From positions 815-64,814 of the forward strand of contig WTBT01000058.1 of assembly GCA_013138965.1 (NCBI GenBank): a stretch of DNA of 64,000 nucleotides, written 5' to 3'. Positions 20,364-30,543 of the stretch are shown here, one piece after another. The DNA comes from Candidatus Aegiribacteria sp. (lineage in GTDB: Bacteria; Fermentibacterota; Fermentibacteria; Fermentibacterales; JCC-6). Each line of letters opens with the position of its first letter. Position 1 is the stretch's first letter. Position numbers and translations under genes: made by a program. The notes beneath the pieces were generated by a model. The model was not told the DNA's origin. It searched no databases and worked only from the letters and a program-made list of their open reading frames with translations.

Positions 20364-21794
20364 CTAAAGGGCACCCTTGCCAAAAAATATTACAGGAAAA
20401 GTCTTCAGAATCAGTCTTATATTTATGCCGTCCGTTCTCGAAAGGACGTAAATGAAATCCAGGAACTGGGATTTCTCAAAACTGAGCCTGCTTCTGCCGT
20501 AAACCTGCCATATTCCTGTCAGGCCGGGCTTTACTGTGAACCTCTGGTGCAGCCATTCGTTGGAATAATGTTCCAGCTCATAGTCGATGCACGGACGTGG
20601 TCCCACAATGCTCATATCACCCCTGAGAACATTCAGAATCTGGGGAATCTCATCCACCGATGTCTTCCTGATAATTTTACCGACCGGAGTCACTGCCTTA
20701 GAACTGACGGCCTTGAATACTTCATCGTTCTCTGATTTTACGGCCGCGTCTCCATTTACATATTTCAGGAAATACTTCTTATGTATACTCTGCCTGTCTT
20801 CGGCATCAACCCGCATTGACCGGAACTTGAAGAAACTGAAGGGTTTTTCCCTGTAACCGATCCTGGTCTGCCTGAAAAGCACACCACCGGGGCTTGAAAG
20901 GGCGATAGCAGGAATTGTGACAGCGATAACGGGCAGGAAAAGAAGCAGGCCAACAATGGCGATCAAGATATCGCTTAACCGCCAGATCGCTCTGGCTGCT
21001 TTGGTCCATCCCCTGCTGTAGAATGTAAGGGCGCCGTAATCGTTGGCGCTTATCCAGGGATCGAAGTAACCAAGCTCAAGAATTCTCCTGGAGTATATTG
21101 AAAACGGGATACCTGCGCGCTGAGTCAGCAGGGAGAAACGGGCTATGAAATTGAAATCTTCCTCATCAAACACCATAATGAGTTCCGTCGCATTTTCATT
21201 TTCAAGAACTTCCATGCACATGGTGTAGCGTTCATCAGGATCACCAGGCATGGAATTGGAATGTATCCTGATATCAAGAATGGATCTGAAAATCGGTGAT
21301 TTCAGGATGATCGCCCTGATCTTACCGCAGACGGCCTCCGTACCGAATATGACCAGCGATATCTTCCCGAATCTCCGGATCCTCAATAACCAGGGGAATA
21401 TCCGGGGTATTATTAACAGCCTGGCTGTTATGGTCATTACAAGCCAGAGTATCAGCATTATGAAAACAGCCAGCCTGCTGCAGATAAATATTTCCGTTGG
21501 GAAGTGCGTAAGAAAAAGGACAAAGATGAAAAATACTGAAATAGTTATTATCATTCTGATGGTTCTGAAGATATTCATTGCCTTGTTCAAGGTCGCTCTG
21601 ACGGCGTACAGGTCTTCCACCATCATGAACAGTATTTCAGCTATCGCAAGGAATATCCATGTTCCCGCCATTGCGGAGAATGGAGCTGAAGCAGTGTGAA
21701 TGGAACCGAATCGCAACTGAACCGCAAGAAGGATTGCCAGGGACAGTATAAGAAAATCGCTTATTAGAAGTATGAAGAAGTAGAACCTGTCCAT
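20364..21794 (-). CDS. Exopolysaccharide / undecaprenyl-phosphate sugar phosphotransferase (bacterial sugar transferase family, WbaP/WcaJ-like).
   Basis: Multi-TM N-terminus. C-terminal FKFRSMRVDAE...DEIPQILNVLRGDMSIVGPRP signature. Start moved to MDRFYFF (ATG 21792-21794) to clear the convergent DegT gene. Confidence 0.75.
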   Translation of the reverse strand: MDRFYFFILLISDFLILSLAILLAVQLRFGSIHTASAPFSAMAGTWIFLAIAEILFMMVEDLYAVRATLNKAMNIFRTIRMIITISVFFIFVLFLTHFPTEIFICSRLAVFIMLILWLVMTITARLLIIPRIFPWLLRIRRFGKISLVIFGTEAVCGKIRAIILKSPIFRSILDIRIHSNSMPGDPDERYTMCMEVLENENATELIMVFDEEDFNFIARFSLLTQRAGIPFSIYSRRILELGYFDPWISANDYGALTFYSRGWTKAARAIWRLSDILIAIVGLLLFLPVIAVTIPAIALSSPGGVLFRQTRIGYREKPFSFFKFRSMRVDAEDRQSIHKKYFLKYVNGDAAVKSENDEVFKAVSSKAVTPVGKIIRKTSVDEIPQILNVLRGDMSIVGPRPCIDYELEHYSNEWLHQRFTVKPGLTGIWQVYGRSRLSFEKSQFLDFIYVLSRTDGINIRLILKTFPVIFFGKGAL

Positions 21795-21819
21795 CTGAAA
21801 ACTTCGCTTAAGAGGCAAA

Positions 21820-22971
21820 TCAGTCCTTCTCTGAGAAATACGATTTTGCCGCTTCGGCAACGATGACCTGCTGATCTTCAGTAATATCGGGAAACATGGG
21901 CAGTGTCAGGTTGCAGGAACTGTTCCATTCCGATACCGGGAAATCCCCCGCTTCGTATCCAAGGTATGAATATGCCTTCTGGGTATGCAGGGGGATGGGG
22001 TAATGAAGGCCTGAAGCAACATTCATCTCCCCGAGGTGTTTCCTTAAATCATCCCGTTTCGGCGTGTGTATGGCATAGAGGTGGTATACATGCCTGACAT
22101 CTCCATCCTCCACAGGCAATTCAACGGGAAGTCCGGAAAGGAGTTCATTGTATCTTTTTGCCGCTTCTCTTCTTCTGTCGTTCCATTGAGAGATGTATCC
22201 GGATTTAACACCCAGTACCGCCCCCTGAAAAGCAGACATTCTGTAATTGTGTCCGATAAAATCGTAATGGTACTTCTCTCTTGAGCCGTGATCCCGCAGC
22301 GTTCTGACCCTTCCGGCGATATCTTCGGAATTCGTGGTTACCGCTCCGCCTTCGCCGAACGCGCCAAGATTTTTTCCCGGGTAGAAACTGAATGCGGCAG
22401 CCGTGCCGAAACTTCCCGCAGGTCTTCCATCCCTTGAGGCATTAACGGACTGGCAGGCATCTTCAAAAAGCAGAAGGCCGTAACGCTCAGAGATCTTTTC
22501 AAGCTCAGGCATTGCTGCAGGCTGTCCGTAAAGGTCTACAGCAAGAATTCCCCTGATCTGCGCATTGGTCTTTGGATCAACGGGCTTTCCTCCTGATGAA
22601 CAGGATTCAAGAAAGCTCTCGACCTTTTCAGGTGAGAGGTTAAGCGTATCCTTGTCCACATCCACAAAAACCGGGACATGGCCTGCCAGAACAATACCCT
22701 CCGCTGAGGCTGTGAATGTATTCGGAGGAACGATGATGCCGCTTCCCGGCTGCAGGTCGCTGGCCCACATCGTGAGATGAACGGCAGCGGTCCCGCTTGA
22801 AACGGCTATGCAGTACTTAGTTCCGGTAATTTCAGCGAACTTCTCTTCAAATGAGGCAACCTTGGGACCGAGAACGTAATAGCATGTATCAAGCACTTCG
22901 GAGAGTTCATCAGCGATTTCGTCCTTTATCTGATTGTACTGTGTTTTAAGATCAAGAAATGGTACAAACAT
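21820..22971 (-). CDS. DegT/DnrJ/EryC1/StrS-family PLP-dependent sugar aminotransferase.
   Basis: DACQSVNASRDGRPAGSFGTAAAFSFYPGKNLGAFGEGGAVTT block typical of DegT-family enzymes. Confidence 0.8.
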   Translation of the reverse strand: MFVPFLDLKTQYNQIKDEIADELSEVLDTCYYVLGPKVASFEEKFAEITGTKYCIAVSSGTAAVHLTMWASDLQPGSGIIVPPNTFTASAEGIVLAGHVPVFVDVDKDTLNLSPEKVESFLESCSSGGKPVDPKTNAQIRGILAVDLYGQPAAMPELEKISERYGLLLFEDACQSVNASRDGRPAGSFGTAAAFSFYPGKNLGAFGEGGAVTTNSEDIAGRVRTLRDHGSREKYHYDFIGHNYRMSAFQGAVLGVKSGYISQWNDRRREAAKRYNELLSGLPVELPVEDGDVRHVYHLYAIHTPKRDDLRKHLGEMNVASGLHYPIPLHTQKAYSYLGYEAGDFPVSEWNSSCNLTLPMFPDITEDQQVIVAEAAKSYFSEKD

Positions 22972-23226
22972 GTTGTTACCTCCAGTTGGAATTGAGAACA
23001 GTAGTATTCCTTGTAAATCTAATATGTAAACCTTGTTCAGTCATCATCCGAATAGATTTGCCTGGTGAGAGCAATCACCCATGTTTCGATAAGCGCAGCG
23101 CTGGCTATAACACTAGTATCTCTGTCAAATGCTTCCAGTATTTTCCTCAAATCTCCGAGCATTCTATCTCAGATATGAGGCTCTTCTGCTCAATGCGCAT
23201 TGCCGGAGACACTCCTGGTAAGCGTT

Positions 23227-24144
23227 TTATTTAACCAGTATCCAGTTGGAATATCCGCCTATCTTTCTTCCGATCAGCCTCTCAAGGGCAGAATGTATTC
23301 TGCACCAGAGTCGAAGGTGTTCATGATCAGGAGGATTGTCCGGGTCGTAGTAATCCTCTGCCTTCCAGTCCTTGTTTTCTATCCGCTCCCGCATCACTGC
23401 AGGATGTGTCCCGCTGAGCAGGGGTATTCTGTCAAGGGGGCCGTAATCCCATGGTTTACCGGAATCGGAATGCTTTTTCTTCATCCATTCATCATCATGA
23501 TAAAAACTGTCCATTATTATCGTTTTTCTTCTCATTACCTCTGGATGACGAACCCATCCGTAGTGGTAAATCCAGGCACCGCAATCGGCAACACGGAGTT
23601 TCTTTCCGTCTATTCTGAAGCTCTGTGCGTCTTTCCAGCTTCTTACATTCCTGCCGTTCTTTATTGCCCGGATATCCCTGTCGTACCAGTTGTGCCCCCT
23701 GTGAACCCTCTTGTAGCTACCCCAGAGGTGATTGTAGTGGAAGAGAAGTCCATCAACATCATCCCTGGAGTCGTATTTCTCCATCGCCCCGACTATCACC
23801 GGAAAATCTTCTTCGTGTATCACTTCATCAGCCTGAAGATAGAGACACCACGGATACCGGCACTGATCAAGGGCGATATTGGTCTGGTCGGCAATTGTCG
23901 CACCATCCACAAATCTGTCGGGATTCCAGTCGGTTTCGATTATCCTGATCCTGGGATCCCCGATATTCCCGATCACTTCCAGAGTGTTGTCGGTACAGTC
24001 ACCAACATTGACGATGTACTCATCGACTATCGGAAGAGCTGACCTGATGGATTCCTCAATGGGATAATCAAGACGGACGGCATCCCTTACAAATGTGAAT
24101 CCCGATATTTTAATCTTCTTATCCAAAATATTCCTCCGGTTCAT
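23227..24144 (-). CDS. Putative GT-A fold glycosyltransferase (GT2-like).
   Basis: ISGFTFVRDAVRLDYPIEESIRSALPIVDEYIVNVGDCTDNTLEVI resembles the GT2 N-terminal nucleotide-binding region. ATG at 24142-24144 preferred over the TTG at 24177. Confidence 0.35.
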   Translation of the reverse strand: MNRRNILDKKIKISGFTFVRDAVRLDYPIEESIRSALPIVDEYIVNVGDCTDNTLEVIGNIGDPRIRIIETDWNPDRFVDGATIADQTNIALDQCRYPWCLYLQADEVIHEEDFPVIVGAMEKYDSRDDVDGLLFHYNHLWGSYKRVHRGHNWYDRDIRAIKNGRNVRSWKDAQSFRIDGKKLRVADCGAWIYHYGWVRHPEVMRRKTIIMDSFYHDDEWMKKKHSDSGKPWDYGPLDRIPLLSGTHPAVMRERIENKDWKAEDYYDPDNPPDHEHLRLWCRIHSALERLIGRKIGGYSNWILVK

Positions 24145-24243
24145 GCTTCGGGAAACATATAGCCGTGCTTGCTGCAATTCAAGGTTGCAGGTAATGTATC
24201 ATACACTTATTTTTCATTTTCGATGTATTCCCGGAAAGGCAAT

Positions 24244-24996
24244 ATGAACCTCTCTCTTGTAGTCATTACGTTGAACGAAGAGGACAGTATAGGGCGCTGT
24301 ATCGGAAGTGTCCCCTTTGCTGACGAAATAATAGTGGTGGATTCCGGAAGCACTGACTCAACTGTTGCTGTGGCTGAGAACTGCGGCGCGAAAGTTTTGT
24401 TCCATGAATTCCAGAACTTCTCGGCTCAGAAACAGTGGGCGATCGAGAAGGCTTCATGCCGCTGGGTACTTTCACTGGATGCTGATGAATACCTGAACGA
24501 AGAACTTGCCGATGAGATATCATCGATCGTGAAGGACGAAACCGTTCATTCAGGATTCAGCCTGCCGTTCAGAATTCAATATATGGGCAGACTGATGCGC
24601 TTCGGCCCCTGGTCCGGTGAGCATCATGTAAGACTTTTCAGGAGTGCGCACGCCATTTTTCCCCATTCAGGTGTTCATGAAAGACTGAAAATAACCGGAG
24701 GAAGCATAGGAGATCTCAGAAAAGGCTTCGTAATACACAGATCATATTCTTCGCTGAATGATCAGATGGATAAAATGCTGCGGTACAGTACCCTCTGGGC
24801 GGAGGAGGAGTTCGGGAAGGGCAGAAGCTCGTGTCCGTTCAAGGTAGCCTTCAGACCCGCATGGAGGTTTATTTCAGCATACCTGTTCAGGGGAGGTTTT
24901 CTGGAGGGAATACCCGGGCTTGTGTCATCGATTATCTCGGCATATTATGTATTTCTTAAATGGACGATTCTATATGAAATGGGAGATGAAAAATAA
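24244..24996 (+). CDS. Family 2 glycosyltransferase.
   Basis: LSLVVITLNEEDSIGRCIGSVPFADEIIVVDSGSTDSTVAVAE, a GT2 signature. Start at MNLSLVV. Confidence 0.7.
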   Translation: MNLSLVVITLNEEDSIGRCIGSVPFADEIIVVDSGSTDSTVAVAENCGAKVLFHEFQNFSAQKQWAIEKASCRWVLSLDADEYLNEELADEISSIVKDETVHSGFSLPFRIQYMGRLMRFGPWSGEHHVRLFRSAHAIFPHSGVHERLKITGGSIGDLRKGFVIHRSYSSLNDQMDKMLRYSTLWAEEEFGKGRSSCPFKVAFRPAWRFISAYLFRGGFLEGIPGLVSSIISAYYVFLKWTILYEMGDEK

Positions 24997-25012
24997 AGAT
25001 AATTGGAGCCAT

Positions 25013-25486
25013 ATGACAAGAAAAGGACTTGTTCGAAAAGTAAGGGGAGATGAAGCCCTTATCTGCCCCGCGGATGGAAATGAGTGCGATTCCTGCGAAG
25101 CCAGGCATGCATGCCTTTCTCTGTCCGGTGGATCCGGCAGAAAAACCGATTTCTGGATGCTCAATGACATTGGTGCCTCTCCCGGAGATATGGTGGAGCT
25201 TGAACTGAGATCTTCCGCATCTCTGACCATAATCGCTTCAACTTTCCTCCTTCCAGTTTTTCTCCTGTTCGCGGGATACCTGTTCATGATGAACGGCACC
25301 GATCTTCAGAGAGCTCTGGGGGCAGGCGCAGGACTTGTTGCCGGAATCGTGTCTGCCATCGTAATCAATAAACGGCTGGGAACGAGAAAAGGTTACAATA
25401 TGCAGATGACCAAGATCCTGGAAAGAGCTGACAGCGATACTGCCGGTAGAGCTTATAAAGAGCTGGAAGGAAATAAAGATGATTGA
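25013..25486 (+). CDS. RseC/MucC-family (SoxR-reducing system) membrane protein.
   Basis: Cys cluster CPADGNECDSCEARHAC followed by two TM helices, which is the RseC-family architecture. Confidence 0.45.
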   Translation: MTRKGLVRKVRGDEALICPADGNECDSCEARHACLSLSGGSGRKTDFWMLNDIGASPGDMVELELRSSASLTIIASTFLLPVFLLFAGYLFMMNGTDLQRALGAGAGLVAGIVSAIVINKRLGTRKGYNMQMTKILERADSDTAGRAYKELEGNKDD

Positions 25487-26933
25487 TGAGATGAGAGACC
25501 TTGCCGGGCGGATCGTCGGTCAACTCCGATACCGCTCCGTGGATTACGGTGATGCCAGAGTTGAGAACACCGACCTTGAAAGCCTGACATACAGGAAGCA
25601 GAGACTGGCCGAATCGGACTTTCAGGCCAGCCATGGGGTTGGTATCAGGGTTCTTGTTAACGGATGCTGGGGTTTTGCTTCTTGCAGTGGATTCGATTCG
25701 GATCTGGTTGAAAAAACCGTTGACAGGGCTGTCTCTGTAGCCCGGGCCGGGGCCGGTGTGATGGAGGGCTCCGTGAGACTTTCGGAAGAAGTTCCCTCGA
25801 TCGGGCATTACGACGGACCATGTGAAAGGAACCCCTTTGAAATTCCCAGATCGGAGAAGCTTGATCTTCTGGCCAGAGCTGCCGACATAATACACGCTTC
25901 TCCATTGATCAATATGAGCTGGAGCAATCTTCGATTCGAGAGAAAGAGAAGAGCCTTCAGCAATACCGAGGGTTCACTGGTTTCTTCCGATCTTGTATTC
26001 TCGATGCCGACTATCATGGCGTACGCGGTTCTGGGCGATGACATGCAGAACAGGGGTTTCCAGGAAGGCGCAAGAATTGCCGGCTGGGAGTGGATTGAAC
26101 AGGCCGACATGATTTTCTGGGCTGAGAAATGCAGAGAGGAAGCCATAATGAAGGTCAAGGCCCCCGAAAGTCCCTCGGGAGTGATGGACCTTGTTCTGGA
26201 TGGAACCCATCTCAGCCTGACGATGCATGAATCAGTTGGGCACCCCACTGAAAGTGACAGAGTTCTGGGATGGGAGGCAAGCATGGCCGGACGGACCTTC
26301 CTGAATATAGATGATCAGGAGAAGCTGAAATACGGCTCTGAGATCGTCAATTTCGTTGCGGATAACACAATGCCCTACGGGGTCGCGAGCTGGGGTTGGG
26401 ATGATGACGGTGTACCCGGCCAGAAATGGTATACGGTAAGGGATGGGATTTTCCAGCAGTTCGGTTCTGTCAGAGAAACCGCTCTGCTTGTTAACAGAAA
26501 AAATAGTAGAGGGTGCTGCAGGGCTATGGATTTCGCCAGTTTCCCGATAAACAGACAGCCTAACTTCTATCTGGAACCGGGGAAGGAGCCCATTACACCT
26601 GATGATCTGATTTCCGAGGTGAACAAAGGAGTCTATATCGAAGGACGCGGATCCTTCAGCATCGATCAGAGAAGGGTGAACTTCCAGTTCGGTGGAGACA
26701 TGTTCTGGGAGATCAGAAACGGGAAAAAGGTGCAGCCGCTGAAGAAGGTCATCTACCGATCGAAGACAAGAGATTTCTGGGGATCCTGCGACGGTATTGC
26801 GGATGACAGATCTTTCAAAACCATGGGACTTCTTACGTGTGGGAAAGGAGAACCCATGCAGGGTGCAAGGATGACCCACGGAGCAAGCACATCAAGATTC
26901 AGGAATATTGAAGTGGGAAGAGGTGCGGAATGA
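25479..26933 (+). CDS. tldD: TldD-family metalloprotease.
   Basis: 484 aa with HESVGHPTESD (HExxxH) and TldD/PmbA-family conservation. Paired with the downstream tldE. Confidence 0.85.
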   Translation: MIDEMRDLAGRIVGQLRYRSVDYGDARVENTDLESLTYRKQRLAESDFQASHGVGIRVLVNGCWGFASCSGFDSDLVEKTVDRAVSVARAGAGVMEGSVRLSEEVPSIGHYDGPCERNPFEIPRSEKLDLLARAADIIHASPLINMSWSNLRFERKRRAFSNTEGSLVSSDLVFSMPTIMAYAVLGDDMQNRGFQEGARIAGWEWIEQADMIFWAEKCREEAIMKVKAPESPSGVMDLVLDGTHLSLTMHESVGHPTESDRVLGWEASMAGRTFLNIDDQEKLKYGSEIVNFVADNTMPYGVASWGWDDDGVPGQKWYTVRDGIFQQFGSVRETALLVNRKNSRGCCRAMDFASFPINRQPNFYLEPGKEPITPDDLISEVNKGVYIEGRGSFSIDQRRVNFQFGGDMFWEIRNGKKVQPLKKVIYRSKTRDFWGSCDGIADDRSFKTMGLLTCGKGEPMQGARMTHGASTSRFRNIEVGRGAE

Positions 26934-28198
26934 CCAGGGACGAACTTCTGGAGGTAATCGAAGCTGTTCTTGAAAAGGCTGAAGTTCCCGACGTTGTTGC
27001 CACTTTGACTGAAAACAGGGATGCAGCTGTGAGGTTCGGCCAGAACAGAATCACGCAGAACATGGATACATTTGAACGGAAACTTCGGATCACACTGGGT
27101 GACGGTGAGAGAAAAACCGTTTACTCAACCCATAGAATAGATACCGATGCAATCCCGGAGATCCTTGCCACGGCTATGGATATGCTGAAGACCGCCTCTC
27201 CCGATCCCGAGTACATGCCGCCTGTTCCCGCAGGACAGGTTTACCCGGTCATTGACGCATGGGACAGCTTGACCGCTGATGCTGATCCAGCCTCCCGAAC
27301 TCAAGCTGCAGCGAGGGCGATAAACACTGCAAAGAAGAACGGAATGGAAGCCGCAGGCCTGGTCGGCATGAGTTATGAGAATACCGCCATCGGCACATCT
27401 ACAGGCAATCTGGCATATCACAGATCAACGGACGCCTACATGAGGCTTACATTGGACAGGGGTAAACCATCCAGCTTCAGATTTCTCAGCGCAGAAGCAT
27501 GGGACGATCTCCCTGTGGATGACGCGATCAGAGAAGTAGCAGTCGAAGTCGAATCCGATGAGAATCAGATGGAGCTTGAGCCGGGAGAGTACAGGCTGAT
27601 CCTGGAACCCCAGGCTGCCTGCGACCTGATTCCATATATAGCCTGGTCAATGAATGCCCGACCCGCCGATGAAGGCCTGACAGTCTTTTCAGGCAGACAG
27701 GGAGAGATGGTCACCGGCGGCAATTTCACAATGACAAGCGAGGTCAATGGCACACTTAAGGGAACTCCGTTCAATGAAGAGGGGTTTGCTTCCGGTGACG
27801 TTACGTGGATTGAGAACGGCAGGCTGGTCAATCAGCCCTGCACGAGATACTGGGCGGCAAAAACAGGTCGTGAACCTCTTTTCATACCAGGGACACTCGC
27901 ACTTGAAGGAGATTCAGGATCCATAGGAGATCTTATCGGCAGTACTCCGGGAAGAGCTCTGCTTTTCCGGAGATTCTGGTACATAAGGTTCGTTGACCAG
28001 AAGGAACTGAGTCTTACCGGTATGACGCGTGACGGAGTCTTTCTGGTCGAGGACGGAAAGGTAGTTCATCCCGTGACGGATTTCAGGTGGAACTGGAAGC
28101 CTCTGGAGCTATTTTCGAGGATTGAGAAACTCGGCGCTCCCGAACGGAAAGGGCAGCTCAGCGTTCCACCGATGATTATAGGACCGACCGCGCTGTAG
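26930..28198 (+). CDS. pmbA: PmbA/TldE-family protein (partner of TldD).
   Basis: 422 aa TldD/PmbA-family paralog lacking HExxH, translationally coupled to tldD. Confidence 0.8.
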   Translation: MTRDELLEVIEAVLEKAEVPDVVATLTENRDAAVRFGQNRITQNMDTFERKLRITLGDGERKTVYSTHRIDTDAIPEILATAMDMLKTASPDPEYMPPVPAGQVYPVIDAWDSLTADADPASRTQAAARAINTAKKNGMEAAGLVGMSYENTAIGTSTGNLAYHRSTDAYMRLTLDRGKPSSFRFLSAEAWDDLPVDDAIREVAVEVESDENQMELEPGEYRLILEPQAACDLIPYIAWSMNARPADEGLTVFSGRQGEMVTGGNFTMTSEVNGTLKGTPFNEEGFASGDVTWIENGRLVNQPCTRYWAAKTGREPLFIPGTLALEGDSGSIGDLIGSTPGRALLFRRFWYIRFVDQKELSLTGMTRDGVFLVEDGKVVHPVTDFRWNWKPLELFSRIEKLGAPERKGQLSVPPMIIGPTAL

Positions 28199-28226
28199 TA
28201 TTGAGATTCCTTAAGGAGGTGCTGAA

Positions 28227-28460
28227 ATGAAACTTTCAACAATGTTAATACTGGTGGCTCTGATCGGCGCAACCGCTCTGCCTTTCAAATTCGGCCCTTC
28301 TATAAAGTGGTTGATTACCGGTTCGAGAAACGATGCGGAGAGCGTAGGTTACGAAAGCAGTCTGTCCCGGATGCTGTATGCCGGGAATGGTCTGCTCATG
28401 GCCGGAGTAATGGTTGAAGCCGGACTCACGGATGATCTGACTATTGAAGTATCCGGTTAA
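28227..28460 (+). CDS. Hypothetical small membrane or exported protein (77 aa).
   Basis: ORF with N-terminal hydrophobic MLILVALIGATALPF. Weak support. Confidence 0.2.
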   Translation: MKLSTMLILVALIGATALPFKFGPSIKWLITGSRNDAESVGYESSLSRMLYAGNGLLMAGVMVEAGLTDDLTIEVSG

Positions 28461-28484
28461 CGAAATTTGAAACAGGAGGACGAA

Positions 28485-28985
28485 ATGGCAAGAATTACTC
28501 TTAAAGGCGACCCGGTTCAGACATTTGGTGATCTACCCGCAGTGGGCACCACGGCTCCGGATTTCACACTGACCGGCAGCAATCTTTCAGAACTCAGCCT
28601 GAAGGATGTTTTGGGAGGGACGGTCATTCTCAACATCTTCCCGAGTCTGGATACCCAGGTGTGCGCCATGTCGGTGAGGCGCTTTAACGCGGAGGCTGCC
28701 GGCAGGCCCGGCGTTAAAGTGCTATGCATATCCGCGGACCTTCCATTCGCTCATGCCAGGTTCTGCGAGACCGAGGGTATAGATAATGCTGTGAACCTCT
28801 CCAGCTTCAGATCTCAGGACTTTGGGAGGGATTACGGAGTCGAAATTACCACGGGTCCGCTCAGGGGGCTTCTTTCAAGGGCTGTTGTCATTCTGGATAA
28901 AGAGGGATTTGTTATCTATACAGAGCAGGTCCCCGAAATAGCCCAGGAGCCGGACTACGAGGCGGCGCTGGCCGCCCTGCCGTGA
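28485..28985 (+). CDS. tpx: Thiol peroxidase Tpx (atypical 2-Cys peroxiredoxin).
   Basis: MARITLKGDPVQTFGDLPAVGTTAPDF...FPSLDTQVC, canonical Tpx. AGGAGG RBS before the ATG at 28485. Confidence 0.85.
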   Translation: MARITLKGDPVQTFGDLPAVGTTAPDFTLTGSNLSELSLKDVLGGTVILNIFPSLDTQVCAMSVRRFNAEAAGRPGVKVLCISADLPFAHARFCETEGIDNAVNLSSFRSQDFGRDYGVEITTGPLRGLLSRAVVILDKEGFVIYTEQVPEIAQEPDYEAALAALP

Positions 28986-28995
28986 CACCGCGGGT

Positions 28996-29742
28996 TTACC
29001 AGATGAATCTTATCCCCCAGTAGGTCTCACCCTCCAGCGACCGGAACGGTTGCGTGTCGCTGAAGTAGTGTGTAATGTGCGTTTCAAAGGTTCCTGCGGG
29101 CGCATGGTAGGCTACGTAGATCTCACCTTTGTGTTTCGATGAACCTGCGCCGTCGTTGTGAAAGTAGAAATCCGATCTGTACCGGAGGCCTGAGAGAAAC
29201 GAATGCCATGCAACGCCTTCGAAATCGAACATTCCATGCATCGACCAGTTGAAATCGTGTCCTTTCTGGAAAGTATCGCTCCTGGGACGGTAAAATCCAA
29301 TGGAGAACCAGCCGTCGGGCAGCCCGGCCGGCAGAAATACCAGACTGTCGCTGTATTCAGGGGTGGGCTCATCCAGAAGGACTCCGAGTTTGATGGTGTT
29401 CATGTACTCCGAGAGCGTGTCAGCCATGTCTATGTTGTGAAAGCACTCATGATCGGTATAGACCCTTAGAAGGAGAGGGTCCATCTGGTATCCGAACTGG
29501 GTTTTTATATTCCAGTGGCCGCCGTAGATGTTGAACTTCATCTCGGGGCTGTTCCAGCTTTCTCCCATATAGGTTTCCATCGCAAGCCCCAGGCGCCATG
29601 AGAAGCGGCCGATCCTGAGTACTGTTATATCAGTTTCTATGTTGCTGTAAATGAAATGCTCTATGTTCTGGTTGAAGAAGCTGTAGGCTTCAAGCACACC
29701 GGTGGATTCCATTGGAAATTCCACCGGGGCTGAAAACAGCAT
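28996..29742 (-). CDS. Hypothetical protein, possibly an outer-membrane beta-barrel (Tyr/Trp/Phe-rich alternating pattern).
   Basis: ORF only. Aromatic-rich beta-strand-like composition with a C-terminal ...WGIRFIW. Confidence 0.35.
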   Translation of the reverse strand: MLFSAPVEFPMESTGVLEAYSFFNQNIEHFIYSNIETDITVLRIGRFSWRLGLAMETYMGESWNSPEMKFNIYGGHWNIKTQFGYQMDPLLLRVYTDHECFHNIDMADTLSEYMNTIKLGVLLDEPTPEYSDSLVFLPAGLPDGWFSIGFYRPRSDTFQKGHDFNWSMHGMFDFEGVAWHSFLSGLRYRSDFYFHNDGAGSSKHKGEIYVAYHAPAGTFETHITHYFSDTQPFRSLEGETYWGIRFIW

Positions 29743-29844
29743 TGCGGCTATTAGAAAAGTACTTATAATGACCTGCCTTCATATTGAATGGAATACTGCG
29801 GCATTCTGTTGAAGAACGCCGCAACTGTACATGGAATATAAATC

Positions 29845-30528
29845 TCAATTGTTCTGAAGGTAGTCCAGAAGATTTGTTTCATCTGACGGGTCATCCGCGA
29901 GGCCCTTTCTCAGTGCATTTGTCATCATCGTTTCTGAAAGCGAACCCTCTGCAAAGAAAATACCGTTTACTATGGTTCGCGGGACGCCCTGTACTTTGAA
30001 CTTCCTTGACAGCTCAGGGAATTCATTGGCCTCGATCACTTCTGATCGAACGAAGCTGCTGTAGCGTGCCATTCTGGATGCGAGGACTGCTGCAGGCGGG
30101 CAATGAGGGCAGGCAGGCGTGACAAAAACCTGCATATCGAGGTTTTTGTCCAGATCATTCAGGAATTGAACGGTACCTTCTATAAGCGGCTCCTCAGACC
30201 CTCCGGTATCGACTATAGTGGTCAGGAGGGAGCTGAATTCGTATCCTGAAGGAGTTCCATAGAACTTCACCCTTGAATGGGTTCCGTCGGAGACGATTAT
30301 GGCCGGGGCTCTGTCGACACCATCCTTCTCAGCCTCATCACGGTCGGTCTGCAGGTTAAGGAAGGAAACTTTCAGCCTTTCTGATAATCCGTCAAGTTCC
30401 TTGAGTATGATTTCGGTATCCCTGCATGTGGGGCATTCCAGTTCCTGTGTGTATACCTTTATGCGCACATCACGAACAAGAGCGCCGAATACCTTCCTGA
30501 CTTCCTGAGCGTCATTGTCCGACAGCAT
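29845..30528 (-). CDS. Glutaredoxin-like protein disulfide oxidoreductase (PDO): two thioredoxin-fold units each with a CPxC motif.
   Basis: CPTC and CPHC motifs about 110 aa apart in a 227 aa protein, the PDO architecture known from Pyrococcus and Thermotoga. Immediately downstream of trxB. Confidence 0.65.
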   Translation of the reverse strand: MLSDNDAQEVRKVFGALVRDVRIKVYTQELECPTCRDTEIILKELDGLSERLKVSFLNLQTDRDEAEKDGVDRAPAIIVSDGTHSRVKFYGTPSGYEFSSLLTTIVDTGGSEEPLIEGTVQFLNDLDKNLDMQVFVTPACPHCPPAAVLASRMARYSSFVRSEVIEANEFPELSRKFKVQGVPRTIVNGIFFAEGSLSETMMTNALRKGLADDPSDETNLLDYLQNN

Positions 30529-30543
30529 GGTCTATGCACCTCA